This document shows positions 1-9,475 of a stretch of 64,000 nt of DNA, one piece after another. Numbering within the stretch: the first letter of the stretch is position 1; every line of letters starts with the position of its first letter. The position numbers and the translations under genes are program-made. The notes beneath the pieces were generated by a model, which saw only the letters and a list, made by a program, of their open reading frames with translations, was not told the DNA's origin and ran no database searches. Source of the DNA: Chthoniobacterales bacterium (lineage in GTDB: Bacteria > Verrucomicrobiota > Verrucomicrobiia > Chthoniobacterales > UBA6821); contig JBAPTI010000004.1 of assembly GCA_049282095.1 (NCBI GenBank), positions 1,770 through 65,769 of the forward strand, in the 5' to 3' direction.

Positions 1-202
1 CATAACCCCAAGAGGCAGATCATCGCGGGGACAACGTTTCGTGATTCACGCAATCCCTTCAGTGCACATTGTAACTCTTCAACGTTCTAACCATTTTAAC
101 TCCTTGATCTACCCGTCACTCCGTCCCTAATCCACTTTTTGGGTTGAACACCGCATGCATTCTTAGTCTTGCCCCATTGTGATTTGCAGGCACGTTGTTG
201 TG

Positions 203-1093
203 ATGTCCCGGATGACAAAAACCATTTTTCCCTGTCTTTGCGTCGCAACCCTCCTTCTCACCGGTTGCGCCTTCGACGAACCCACGGCTCCGCAGCGGCC
301 CGCGGCTTCCACCACGACGGTCACCGAGGTCGCGCCTCAGGCACCCCGCTTGATCTGGCCTTCTGACGCGCCTCCCATTCTTGCCGCTTCGGCCATCCTG
401 ATCGACGCACGCACCGGCCGGACCCTCTACCAGAAAAACGCCGACCAGCCGCGCCAGGTGGCAAGCACCCAGAAGCTGCTCACCGCGCTGATCGTGGCCG
501 AGCAGGATCCTCTCGATGAACAGGTTTCCATCGCCCGTGAGGACACGGTGGTGGAACCGACCAAGCTCGGGCTCCGCATCGGCGAGAGCTATTCGCGACG
601 CCAACTCATGAGGGCGATGATGGTGAAGAGTGCGAACGACTGCGCTGCCGCGCTCGCCCGTTCCCATTCCGGAAGCACCGGTGCCTTCGCCGTGGAGATG
701 GACAGGCTGGCGTCGCGATGCGGGGCGAACTCCTCCCACTTTGTGAACCCGCACGGGTTGCCCGCCCGGCAGTACTCCACCGCGCGCGACATGGCCCGTG
801 TCGCCTTCCGCGCCTACCGCAATCCTGATCTCCGCGAGGCGATGGCGATGCGTTCCTACTGCTTCCACTACGCCAACGGAAAACTCTGCTTCCTTGATCC
901 CACCAACCGCCTGCTCCTGCGCTCCCCGTTCTTCAACGGAATGAAGACCGGTTACACCGAATCGGCCGGGAAGTGCCTGATCAGCAGCTACAGCAAGGGA
1001 GGCCGGGAACTGATCCTCGTCCAGTTAGGAAGCCATGCGCCGAGGATCTTCGACGACGCCCAGCGGATGGTCGCTTGGGCGGAGAGTCGCTAA
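203..1093 (+). CDS. Serine-type D-Ala-D-Ala carboxypeptidase (low-MW PBP) with a lipoprotein-like signal
   Basis: ORF track 179..1093. ATG at 203 gives MSRMTK...LLLTGC. Active-site motifs SxxK (STQK), SxN (SAND) and KTG (KTGYT) are present. Confidence 0.8.
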   Translation: MSRMTKTIFPCLCVATLLLTGCAFDEPTAPQRPAASTTTVTEVAPQAPRLIWPSDAPPILAASAILIDARTGRTLYQKNADQPRQVASTQKLLTALIVAEQDPLDEQVSIAREDTVVEPTKLGLRIGESYSRRQLMRAMMVKSANDCAAALARSHSGSTGAFAVEMDRLASRCGANSSHFVNPHGLPARQYSTARDMARVAFRAYRNPDLREAMAMRSYCFHYANGKLCFLDPTNRLLLRSPFFNGMKTGYTESAGKCLISSYSKGGRELILVQLGSHAPRIFDDAQRMVAWAESR

Positions 1094-1099
1094 AGCAGG

Positions 1100-1135
1100 C
1101 TGTTAGGCTGAAGGCTGAAGGCTGAAGACTGTTAG
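1100..1135. repeat. Tandem heptamer array (ctgttag/ctgaagg family)
   Basis: Reads ctgttagg ctgaagg ctgaagg ctgaaga ctgttag directly after the stop codon at 1091-1093. The same family recurs at 7869-7907, 9214-9247 and 9425-9445. Confidence 0.9.
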
Positions 1136-1296
1136 CAAGTAATCCCGACCCTATCTTCTCCTCAGCTCAGCGCCCCTGCGCCCCTGCGGGAGAATCTCCC
1201 TTCCCCCGAAAGCATCAAGTCGACGGTTTTTAGAGCATCATCTAGTTAATCTATCGTTGCTTTGGCGATCATCTTGACCGTCGATAAATAAAAGGA

Positions 1297-1495
1297 CTCG
1301 CGCAGAGACGCAGAGACGCAGAGGAAAAGACAAAGGATTGGGTCCGGAGAAGATGGTCAGCGTTACTGCCATCAAATCGGAGAATCATTTGACCGATTAA
1401 CAATGGGGTCTGACGACTCTTTTCAAGGGAGATGTCTTCTAAAGACACATGGCCATTATTCATAAAAACTCTGCGTCTCTGCGTCTCTGCGCGAG
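1297..1495. repeat. Perfect 27-bp inverted repeat enclosing a 145-bp AT-richer core (MITE-like or structured-RNA locus)
   Basis: ctcgcgcagagacgcagagacgcagag at 1297-1323 and its exact reverse complement at 1469-1495. The arms are built of cagagacg tandem units. Confidence 0.9.
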
Positions 1496-1561
1496 ATTTC
1501 TTGCCTTGTAAATGCGTCCAATAAAACCGAAACCGCTCTAGCTACCAGCTCCCAACTCCCA

Positions 1562-2128
1562 TCAACCTTTCCACTTGATGCTGCAGCCGAGTGCCGGAGG
1601 CCACGGTGAGGCCGGCGACCTGCCTTCCGCGACGGCTTCGAGCGCGGCGCGAAGATCATTGCCGGTCAGGGGCTTTCCGTTTTTCGGGCTGCTCTCGTCA
1701 AGCCGTCCGCGGTAAGCGAGGCGGAGATCCGCATCGAAGAGGAAGAAATCGGGCGTGCAGGCGGCCGTGTAAGCCCTTGCCGTCTCCTGAGTGGCGTCGA
1801 AGAGAACCGGGAAGGGCAGGTCGGTTTCGAGGACCATCTCGCGAAGTTTCTCCGGCGAATCGTCGGGATAGGCGACGGGGTCGTTGGCGCTGATGCCGAC
1901 CGTCGAGATGCCCTCGGGGAAGAATTCCAGGGCCAGCTCGGCCACCTTGCCGCGCACATGGACGACATAGGGGCAGTGGGCACAGAGGAAAACGACGAGC
2001 GTCCCCTTGGGGCCGGCCAGATCCGCAAGGGACCGCTTATTCCCGGTGACGACATCGGTCAGGGTGAAGTCAGGGGCGGAGGCGCCGACGGGCAGGAGGT
2101 CGTTGAAGTCGGAGGAGAGAGTGGCCAT
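1562..2128 (-). CDS. Thioredoxin-fold / AhpC-TSA family protein
   Basis: Last 188 codons of the 897-aa ORF-track entry, from ATG at 2128 (MATLSSDF...). CxxC motif CAHCP. The rest of that long ORF is antisense to kdsA/lptC/lptA. Confidence 0.75.
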   Translation of the reverse strand: MATLSSDFNDLLPVGASAPDFTLTDVVTGNKRSLADLAGPKGTLVVFLCAHCPYVVHVRGKVAELALEFFPEGISTVGISANDPVAYPDDSPEKLREMVLETDLPFPVLFDATQETARAYTAACTPDFFLFDADLRLAYRGRLDESSPKNGKPLTGNDLRAALEAVAEGRSPASPWPPALGCSIKWKG

Positions 2129-2233
2129 GACGCGATCCTGCCGTGAAATGCACTTGCTGTTCAAGCAGGGGCGACTGCATACCTCACAATCCTCGTGACC
2201 AGTCGGGCTGGCAGCCGCTAGTGTGAAAGGCTC

Positions 2234-3115
2234 ATGCCCGCCGGAAAAAACAGTCCCTGTCCCTCCAAAAGCGACCCCAAGCAACCGAAGATCGGCGAGA
2301 TCAAGGTCGGCTCCCTGACGCTTGGAGGAAAGGAGCCTCTTTTCATTCTCGGTCCCTGCGTGATCGAGGGGGAGAAGCCCCTTCTGCGCGCCGCCCGGAC
2401 GATCAAGGCGATCTGCGACGATCTGGACGTGAAGTTTGTCTTCAAGGCCTCCTACGACAAGGCCAACCGCACATCCGGTTCCTCCTACCGCGGCGTCGGG
2501 GTGCTCGACGGTTGCCGGATGCTTGCCGAAGCGGGAGATGCGATCGGAGCCCCGGTCACGACCGACATCCACACACCCGAGGAAGCGGAGATCGCCGCGG
2601 ACTTCATCGACCTGCTGCAGATTCCCGCCTTCCTCTGCCGCCAGACCGATCTGATCGAGGCCGCTGCGAACGCGGCAGCCTCCGCCGGACGCGCGGTCAA
2701 CGTCAAGAAAGGGCAGTTCCTCGCCCCGTGGGACATCGCCCCGATCGCGGGCAAGCTGAAGGCGGCGGGTTGCAGGCAGTTCTGCTTCACCGAACGCGGA
2801 ACCACCTTCGGCTACAACAACCTGGTGGCCGACATGCGCTCCCTCTACTGGATGAGGGAGCAGGGATTCCCCGTGATCTTCGATGCCACCCATTCCGTCC
2901 AGCGTCCCGGCGGTGGTGGCGGTCACACCACCGGTGACGGGCATCTGGCACCCGTGCTCGCACGCGCCGCCATGGCGGCCGGCGTGGACGGGGTCTTCCT
3001 TGAGACCCACGAGAATCCCGCCAAGGCACCCTCGGACGGTCCGAACCAGATTCCCCACAAGGGCTTGCCCACACTCCTCAAGTCCCTTCTTGCGATCCGC
3101 CGTGCGCTTGCCTGA
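2234..3115 (+). CDS. kdsA: 3-deoxy-8-phosphooctulonate (KDO8P) synthase
   Basis: 293 aa. Motifs LGPCVIE and FKASYDKANRTS, with the full-length layout typical of KdsA. Followed by lpt genes. Confidence 0.9.
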   Translation: MPAGKNSPCPSKSDPKQPKIGEIKVGSLTLGGKEPLFILGPCVIEGEKPLLRAARTIKAICDDLDVKFVFKASYDKANRTSGSSYRGVGVLDGCRMLAEAGDAIGAPVTTDIHTPEEAEIAADFIDLLQIPAFLCRQTDLIEAAANAAASAGRAVNVKKGQFLAPWDIAPIAGKLKAAGCRQFCFTERGTTFGYNNLVADMRSLYWMREQGFPVIFDATHSVQRPGGGGGHTTGDGHLAPVLARAAMAAGVDGVFLETHENPAKAPSDGPNQIPHKGLPTLLKSLLAIRRALA

Positions 3116-3632
3116 TCCGAATCTCCGTCTCCAGATCCTGATCGCCGCGCTCTTCTGCACGGCGATGCCCCTCCGTGCGGCCCAGCCCCAGGCGGTGAAG
3201 CCGGCGCCAGCGAACGCCGCTCCCTCCCCTTCCCTCGCCGCCGCCACCAATGCAGGCGCGATGGACGTCCCTGTCCCCGTGGGCGAACCGGTCAAGGGGA
3301 TCAAGATCCCCCAGTATGACGAGCAGGGGAAGCTGACCATGAACCTGACCGCGGAGACCGCGCTGAAGCTTGATGAGAAGAAAGTCGAGTTCAACAACCT
3401 CAGGATCCAGTTTGCCGACAAGGAGGAGAAGGAGATCATCGTCGAGATCCCGCACAGCATCCTCGATCTCGATACCAGGCTCCTTGTGGCCGACACCAAG
3501 ACCGTGATCCGGCGTGAGGATTTCGACATCGCCGGGGACAAGGCTGAGTTTGACACCGTCGCACGAACCGGCACATTCAAGGGGCCGGTCCGCGCCTCGT
3601 TCCGCAACGGAGCCCCGACCGACCAGCCATGA
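3102..3632 (+). CDS. lptC: LptC-like LPS export protein (periplasmic, N-terminal anchor)
   Basis: Frame of ORF 2883..3632. In-frame GTG 3102 or TTG 3108 gives MRLPDPNLRLQILIAALFCTAM..., a charged-then-hydrophobic anchor. Sits between kdsA and lptA, and its stop overlaps the lptA ATG (ATGA). Start is uncertain (ATG 3165 is the alternative). Confidence 0.55.
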   Translation: MRLPDPNLRLQILIAALFCTAMPLRAAQPQAVKPAPANAAPSPSLAAATNAGAMDVPVPVGEPVKGIKIPQYDEQGKLTMNLTAETALKLDEKKVEFNNLRIQFADKEEKEIIVEIPHSILDLDTRLLVADTKTVIRREDFDIAGDKAEFDTVARTGTFKGPVRASFRNGAPTDQP

Positions 3633-4243
3633 CCATGCGCACCCATCTTGCTTTCCTCTCCCCGGTTTCCCTGATCGCCATGATCATCCTGGCTTCGCCG
3701 GGCCCGATCGGAGCGCAGGGATTCGGCCCCTTGGTTGAGCCTGTCCAGCAACCGGGCGGAGGCGCGGGTCCCTTTGCCACCGCGGGGAGTCAGGATCGTC
3801 CCCGGGGAGGGCGCACCGTGATCGAGAGCGATGACGGAGCAACCTTCGACAATGTCACCAGCTCCGCCGATTTCATCGGCCATGTCGTTGTCCGCGACCC
3901 GCAGTTCGACCTGACCTGCGAGCGCCTCCATGTGATCCTCCGTCCCGACCGGAAGGGCCTCCAGAAGGTTGTCGCCACGGGCAGTGTGGTCATCGTGCAG
4001 GAAAAGCGGAACGACCGTGGCGATCTCGTGAAGTCGGTCGGCAAGTGCGGCAAGGCCACCTACGACACCGCTTCCGGCGACGTGACTCTCGAGGAATGGC
4101 CCCAGGTCCAGCAGGGGATTAACAATCAGGTCGCCACCCAGCAGAACACCGTCATGATTCTCAATGCCAAGGGGCGCTCGCGCACCATCGGACCCAGCCG
4201 CACCATGATCGTCGATCAGGGTGAGAAAGCCGTCACTCCCTGA
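3629..4243 (+). CDS. lptA: LptA / OstA N-terminal domain protein (periplasmic LPS transport)
   Basis: Signal peptide, then a beta-jellyroll-like repeat pattern (ATFDNVTSSADFIGHVVV...LTCERLHVIL...ATGSVVIV). Lies directly upstream of lptB. Confidence 0.7.
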   Translation: MTMRTHLAFLSPVSLIAMIILASPGPIGAQGFGPLVEPVQQPGGGAGPFATAGSQDRPRGGRTVIESDDGATFDNVTSSADFIGHVVVRDPQFDLTCERLHVILRPDRKGLQKVVATGSVVIVQEKRNDRGDLVKSVGKCGKATYDTASGDVTLEEWPQVQQGINNQVATQQNTVMILNAKGRSRTIGPSRTMIVDQGEKAVTP

Positions 4244-4261
4244 TCCCCGGATCATTTCCCC

Positions 4262-5017
4262 ATGTCCTCCACATCATCCTCTTCCAACCAAGACGAACCG
4301 ATCCTGCGCACCGAGGGCCTCGTGAAGGTCTACAACGGCCGCTCCGTCGTCAACGGCGTCGACATCCATGTCCGCGCGGGCGAGATCGTCGGCCTTCTCG
4401 GCCCCAATGGCGCAGGAAAGACCACCACCTTCTACATGATTGTCGGCCTGGTCCGCCCTGACGGAGGTCGCACCTTCTTCCGGGGGCACGATGTGACCCA
4501 TGAGCCGATGTACAAGAGGGCCCGCCTCGGCATGGGGTATCTCCCCCAGGAGGAGTCGATCTTCCGGAAGCTCACCGTCCGGCAGAACATCATGGCGATC
4601 CTCGAGACAACGGAGCTTTCCAAAAAGGAGCGCGAGATGCGCTGCGACGAGCTCCTGGAGCGCTTCGGCATCACCCACATTGCCAAGAACGAGGCGCTCA
4701 CCCTCTCCGGCGGCGAGAAGCGCCGGCTCACGATCGCCCGGTCGCTCGTCACCAATCCGAAGCTGCTCATGCTCGACGAGCCCTTCAGCGGCGTCGACCC
4801 GATCGCCGTCTACGACGTGCAGCAGATCGTCTCCGACCTCCGCGACATGGGGTTGGCCATCCTGATCACCGATCACAACGTCCGCGAGACCCTCGCGATC
4901 ACCGACCGGGCCTACCTGATCTTCGAGGGAAGGGTGGAGAGCCAGGGTGACAAGGACTTCCTGCTTCACGACCCGATCAGCCGCAAACTCTATCTCGGCG
5001 AATCCTTCGCCATGTAG
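4262..5017 (+). CDS. lptB: LPS export ABC transporter ATP-binding protein
   Basis: Walker A GPNGAGKTT, signature LSGGEKRR, Walker B LLMLDEP. About 250 aa, in synteny with lptC and lptA. Confidence 0.9.
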   Translation: MSSTSSSSNQDEPILRTEGLVKVYNGRSVVNGVDIHVRAGEIVGLLGPNGAGKTTTFYMIVGLVRPDGGRTFFRGHDVTHEPMYKRARLGMGYLPQEESIFRKLTVRQNIMAILETTELSKKEREMRCDELLERFGITHIAKNEALTLSGGEKRRLTIARSLVTNPKLLMLDEPFSGVDPIAVYDVQQIVSDLRDMGLAILITDHNVRETLAITDRAYLIFEGRVESQGDKDFLLHDPISRKLYLGESFAM

Positions 5018-5019
5018 CC

Positions 5020-5994
5020 ATGCCACGCGCCGGAGCCTCCTCCTCATCCAAAGCCAAGGCCTCCCCGCCCACCGTCGGGAAATTCTTCGCCGATCACGGG
5101 CCCGCGCTCGGTCTGGAGCTCATGGGTGACTCCGCCGGGATGGAGCGGCTCATCCCCGAGCCGACCATTAACCGGCCCGGCCTCGCCCTCGCGGGCTTCT
5201 TCCGATACTTCGCGGCCAAGCGCATCCAGGTCGTCGGCCATGCCGAACTGAGCTACCTGAAGAGCCTCGCGGCCGCCGAGCGAGCGGAGCGCATCGGGGC
5301 CCTCTTCGCCCAGCGCATCCCCTGCCTCGTCGTCGCACGCGGCCTGCCGCTTCCATCGGGCCTGCTCGATCTCGCGGCCAAGGCCACCACACCCGTATTC
5401 AGCACGCCGCTCGTGACGATGAAGTTCATCAACGCGGCCACCATCGCGCTGGAGGACGACTTCGCCCCCGTCGCCTCCGAGCACGGCAGCATGGTCGACA
5501 TCATGGGGATCGGCGTCCTAATCCGGGGCAGTAGCGGGATCGGCAAGAGCGAGTGCGTGCTCGGTCTCATCGAGCGCGGCTACAGCCTGGTCAGCGACGA
5601 CATCACCCGCTTCCGCAACCTCGAGGGCCGCGAACTCATCGGCACCAGCAAGGAACTCACCCGGTTCCACATGGAGGTGCGCGGCATCGGCATCATCAAC
5701 GTTGCGGCCGTCTTTGGCGCGGGTTCCGTGCGCCCCGAGAAGCAGCTCGACCTGGTCGTCACGCTAAAGGACTGGCACGAAGTGCCCGACATTGATAGAT
5801 TGGGTCTGGACCGTGAGACCTACGATATCCTCGGCATCCCGATACCCCATGTCACCATCCCTGTCAGAACCGGCCGCGATCTCGCCCGACTGGTCGAGGT
5901 GGCCGCTCTTGACCAGAAACTCAAGTCCATGGGCCACGACACGGCCCGTGAATTCAACGAACGCCTCCTCAGGGCGATGAAACCCGCCACTTGA
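5020..5994 (+). CDS. hprK: HPr kinase/phosphorylase
   Basis: P-loop GSSGIGKSE, followed by the HprK C-terminal core (LVSDD...EVRGIGIINV). Adjacent to ptsH. Confidence 0.85.
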   Translation: MPRAGASSSSKAKASPPTVGKFFADHGPALGLELMGDSAGMERLIPEPTINRPGLALAGFFRYFAAKRIQVVGHAELSYLKSLAAAERAERIGALFAQRIPCLVVARGLPLPSGLLDLAAKATTPVFSTPLVTMKFINAATIALEDDFAPVASEHGSMVDIMGIGVLIRGSSGIGKSECVLGLIERGYSLVSDDITRFRNLEGRELIGTSKELTRFHMEVRGIGIINVAAVFGAGSVRPEKQLDLVVTLKDWHEVPDIDRLGLDRETYDILGIPIPHVTIPVRTGRDLARLVEVAALDQKLKSMGHDTAREFNERLLRAMKPAT

Positions 5995-6013
5995 CGCCAG
6001 AAACCACCGATTC

Positions 6014-6289
6014 ATGAGTACCCAGATTTCCAAAGACCTGACCATCGAGAACCGCAACGGGCTTCATGCCCGTCCCTCCGCCCTCTTCGTGAAGACGGCG
6101 AGCCGCTTCCGTTCCGAGATCTGGGTGGAAAAGGACGAGGAGAGGGTCAACGGCAAGAGCATCATGGGCCTCATGATGCTGGCTGCCGGCAAAGGATCTG
6201 TCCTCCGCGTCACCGCCGAGGGGGAGGACGCGACGACCGTCCTGACAGAGCTCGAGGAGCTGATCCGCACCCGTTTCGGCGAGGAATAG
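6014..6289 (+). CDS. ptsH: Phosphocarrier protein HPr
   Basis: 91 aa. His-15 context NGLHARPSA and Ser-46 context NGKSIMGLM. Confidence 0.9.
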   Translation: MSTQISKDLTIENRNGLHARPSALFVKTASRFRSEIWVEKDEERVNGKSIMGLMMLAAGKGSVLRVTAEGEDATTVLTELEELIRTRFGEE

Positions 6290-6425
6290 GCATAGGCACT
6301 TCGCGTCCCTCTGCTAAAGCGGCCGCTTTCCCCTGCCCGCCCGCGGTGCTGCCGGCTCGACACATTTCGGGCCTTTTGATTGACTGAAGGATCACTAACC
6401 CAGCCACTCGCACCCCATCGCACCC

Positions 6426-7526
6426 ATGTCCATCCTAACTCTCCGTCCCGCCGATCAATGCCGTTATGACGAGATCTCCATGGGGGAGGTCATGCTCCGC
6501 CTCTGCCCGGGCGAGGGTCGTATCAAGACAACCCGCTCCTTCAAGGCTTCCGAGGGAGGCGGCGAGTACAACGTGGCCCGCGGGCTTCGTCGTTGCTTCG
6601 GTCTCCGCACCGCTGTCCTGAGCGCCTTTGCAGACAACGAAGTCGGCCGTCTTGTCGAGGATCTCATCCTTCAGGGCGGAGTTGACGACAGCTTTGTCAA
6701 GTGGGTGCCCTATGATGGCATCGGCCGTACCGTCCGCAACGGACTCAACTTCACGGAGCGTGGCTTCGGAGTGCGCGGGGCAGTGGGTGTGTCGGACCGC
6801 GGCATCACCGCCGCCTCGCAGATCAAACCCTCCGACTTCGACTGGGACCACATCTTCGGAACGCTCGGTGCACGCTGGTTCCATACCGGCGGCATCTTTG
6901 CGGCGCTCAGCGAGAGCACGGCCGAGACCGTCATCGCCGCCACCGAGGCCGCCCATCGTCATGGAGTCATCGTCTCCTACGACCTGAACTACCGTCCCTC
7001 CCTCTGGAAGGCGATCGGCGGCAAGGAGAAGGCCCAGGCCGTCAATAAGCACATCGCCAAGAACGTCGATGTCATGATCGGCAACGAGGAGGACTTCACC
7101 GCCTGCCTCGGACTTGAGGTGAAGGGAGCTGACCACAACCTGACCAACCTCGAGCTCGATAGCTTCAAGGCCATGATAGGCGAGGCCGTGAAGGCGTATC
7201 CGAACTTCAAGGTCGTCGCCACGACGATGCGCGGAGTGAAGACCGCCACGATCAACGACTGGGGTGCCATCTGCTGGGCGGGTGGCAAGTTCTACGAGTC
7301 CACCCACTATCCCAACCTCGAGATCATGGATCGCGTTGGTGGCGGCGACAGCTTCGCTTCCGGTCTGATCTATGGCTTCCTCACCACCGATGATCCGCAG
7401 ATCGCGGTCAACTTCGGCGCCGCCCACGGCGCCCTCGCGATGACCACCCCCGGCGACACCTCGATGGCATCGCTCGCCGAGGTGAAGAAGCTAGCCGGAG
7501 GGGGCGGCGCTAGGGTGGATCGCTGA
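6426..7526 (+). CDS. PfkB-family sugar kinase (2-keto-3-deoxygluconate kinase-like)
   Basis: 366 aa. C-terminal PfkB signature DRVGGGDSFASGLIYG. Confidence 0.7.
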   Translation: MSILTLRPADQCRYDEISMGEVMLRLCPGEGRIKTTRSFKASEGGGEYNVARGLRRCFGLRTAVLSAFADNEVGRLVEDLILQGGVDDSFVKWVPYDGIGRTVRNGLNFTERGFGVRGAVGVSDRGITAASQIKPSDFDWDHIFGTLGARWFHTGGIFAALSESTAETVIAATEAAHRHGVIVSYDLNYRPSLWKAIGGKEKAQAVNKHIAKNVDVMIGNEEDFTACLGLEVKGADHNLTNLELDSFKAMIGEAVKAYPNFKVVATTMRGVKTATINDWGAICWAGGKFYESTHYPNLEIMDRVGGGDSFASGLIYGFLTTDDPQIAVNFGAAHGALAMTTPGDTSMASLAEVKKLAGGGGARVDR

Positions 7527-7610
7527 TTTTGGCGCAGGAGTTCGTTGCCGCTCGCTTGCCGTAGGTTCGGCTACGGCTGCGCTCACGCGCCTGCTCCTGC
7601 ATCCAAAATC
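7525..7610. repeat. Nested hairpin / REP-like element
   Basis: gattttggcgcaggag (7525-7540) pairs with ctcctgcatccaaaatc (7594-7610) with a one-nt indel. Inner hairpin ccgtag-gttcgg-ctacgg at 7558-7575. Confidence 0.7.
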
Positions 7611-7634
7611 CCTCGATCACCCGTTAAAATTCAT

Positions 7635-7667
7635 AAACCCCGCGTTGGAAACGGCGCGGGGTTTTTT
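7635..7667 (+). terminator. Rho-independent terminator after the sugar kinase gene
   Basis: ccccgcg (7638-7644) pairs with cgcgggg (7655-7661), followed by a T6 run. Confidence 0.75.
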
Positions 7668-7766
7668 ATTTAGAGATTCGCCGGTTCCCGCGTTGGGATG
7701 AGGCTATTCCTTCATCCCCTTCATCCCTGTGCAATTCACCTCTGCGGCCTTTGCGGCCTTTGTCCT

Positions 7767-7907
7767 CAGGCTCTCCCGAGCCGTTCGCCTCTCTCCCGCA
7801 ATTACGGGATCGGGCTGCCTCCGGCATGACTACCTCCGCCTCCCGGCAGGAGGTTTGCGGGAATTTTTCCCTAACAGCCTTCAGCCTTCAGCCTTCAGCC
7901 TAAACCC
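7767..7907 (+). repeat. Intergenic element copy A (111-nt core plus ccttcag heptamers)
   Basis: Core 7767-7877 matches the reverse complement of 9239-9349 at 102 of 111 positions (hand alignment, no gaps). Continues into cctaacag(ccttcag)x3 at 7869-7907. Confidence 0.85.
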
Positions 7908-7967
7908 CTCCCAGCCCCCTTCAGTGCTTGGCTTTGTAGCCAGGTTTTTGCTCTACTCTCCGGCTCT

Positions 7968-9206
7968 ATGGCGACGCTCAATTCCAACTACCTCAAGCTC
8001 AAGGCTGGCTATCTCTTTCCCGAAATCGCGCGGCGCGTGAAGGCCTTCACCGAGGCGAATCCTGAAGCCGCGACCCGGATGATCCGGTGTGGCATCGGTG
8101 ATGTCACCGAACCGCTTCCCCTCGCCGTCCGCGAGGCGATGCATGCCGCGATCGACGAGATGGGGACGCATGGCGGATTCCACGGCTACGGCCCCGAGCA
8201 AGGGTACGAGTTCCTCCGCACCGCGATCGCCCAGTACGATTACCGCGACCGTGGCCTCGACGTGGCGGATGACGAGATCTTCGTTTCCGACGGCTCGAAG
8301 TGCGACGGCGGCAATATCCTCGACATCCTTGGTGACGACAACCGCATCGCCGTCATGGATCCCGTCTACCCCGTCTACGTCGACACCAACGTCATGGCGG
8401 GCCACACAGGCGATGCCAACGAGGATGGCTCCTACAACGGGATCATCTATCTCGAGTGCACCGCAGAGAACGGCTTCGTGCCGCAGATCCCCGAGGATAA
8501 GGCCGACATCATCTACCTCTGCTTCCCGAACAATCCGACCGGGGCCGTCGCCACGCGCGCACAGCTCGAGGCATGGGTCGCCTATGCCCGCAAGCACGGC
8601 TCGATCCTCCTCTACGACGCCGCTTACGAGGCCTTCGTGAGCGATCCCTCCGTGCCCCGCTCCATCTACGAGATCCCCGGAGCCCGCGAATGCGCGATCG
8701 AGTTCCGCAGCTTCTCCAAGAACGGCGGCTTCACCGGCACCCGCTGCGCCTTCACCGTGGTCCCCAAGAACCTCACCGCACTCTGCTCCAACGGCGAGCA
8801 CCGCCCTATCCACCCCCTCTGGCACCGCCGCTTCACGACGAAGTTCAACGGTGTCAGCTACATCACCCAGCGCGGCGCGGCCGCCCTCTACAGCGAGAAG
8901 GGTCGGGCCGAGGTATCAACCCTCATCAGTCACTACATGGGGAATGCAGCGATCCTGCGCGAGGCTGTCGAGGCGGCGGGTCTCAAGGTCTACGGCGGCG
9001 TGAATGCCCCCTACATCTGGGTCCATGGTCCTGCGGGTCAGACCAGTTGGCAGATCTTCGACCGGATGCTCAACGAGGCCAATATCGTGGTCACCCCCGG
9101 CAGTGGCTTCGGTCGCGCGGGCGAAGGCTACTTCCGTATCTCCGCGTTCAACAGCCGCGAGAAGGCTCTCGAAGCCGCCACCCGCATCAAGGCGATGAAG
9201 TGGTGA
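7968..9206 (+). CDS. dapL: LL-diaminopimelate aminotransferase
   Basis: 412 aa. N-terminus [16 protein letters not shown] is typical of DapL. PLP-lysine context [13 protein letters not shown]. Confidence 0.85.
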   Translation: MATLNSNYLKLKAGYLFPEIARRVKAFTEANPEAATRMIRCGIGDVTEPLPLAVREAMHAAIDEMGTHGGFHGYGPEQGYEFLRTAIAQYDYRDRGLDVADDEIFVSDGSKCDGGNILDILGDDNRIAVMDPVYPVYVDTNVMAGHTGDANEDGSYNGIIYLECTAENGFVPQIPEDKADIIYLCFPNNPTGAVATRAQLEAWVAYARKHGSILLYDAAYEAFVSDPSVPRSIYEIPGARECAIEFRSFSKNGGFTGTRCAFTVVPKNLTALCSNGEHRPIHPLWHRRFTTKFNGVSYITQRGAAALYSEKGRAEVSTLISHYMGNAAILREAVEAAGLKVYGGVNAPYIWVHGPAGQTSWQIFDRMLNEANIVVTPGSGFGRAGEGYFRISAFNSREKALEAATRIKAMKW

Positions 9207-9213
9207 GCGGAGA

Positions 9214-9349
9214 GGCTGTTAGGCTGAAGACTATTAGACTGTTAGGTAAAAACTTCCTCAAACCTCCTGCCGGGAGGCGTAGGTAGTCATGCCGTAGGCA
9301 GCCCGATCCCGCAATGGCGGGAGAGAGGCGAACGGCTTGGGAGAGCCTG
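9214..9349 (-). repeat. Intergenic element copy B (inverted relative to copy A)
   Basis: Reverse complement of copy A. Begins with ggctgttagg ctgaaga ctattag actgttagg heptamers 8 nt after the dapL stop. Confidence 0.85.
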
Positions 9350-9475
9350 CAACTAAGGCCGCAAATGCGCGGAGACGCAGTGATAGCTTGTCTTTGCGGG
9401 TGAACGCCGCAACTTAGCGCCCTAACAGCCTTCAGCCTTCAGTCTATCTACCTTCATCGGCGGCTACGCCGATGA

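Noticed and set aside
1562-4255. 897-aa ORF on the minus strand
   Set aside because: Only the last 188 codons (from ATG 2128) look like a real thioredoxin-fold protein. The rest is antisense to kdsA, lptC and lptA, is low-complexity and Gly/Arg/Ala-rich, and is a typical stop-free antisense frame of high-GC DNA.
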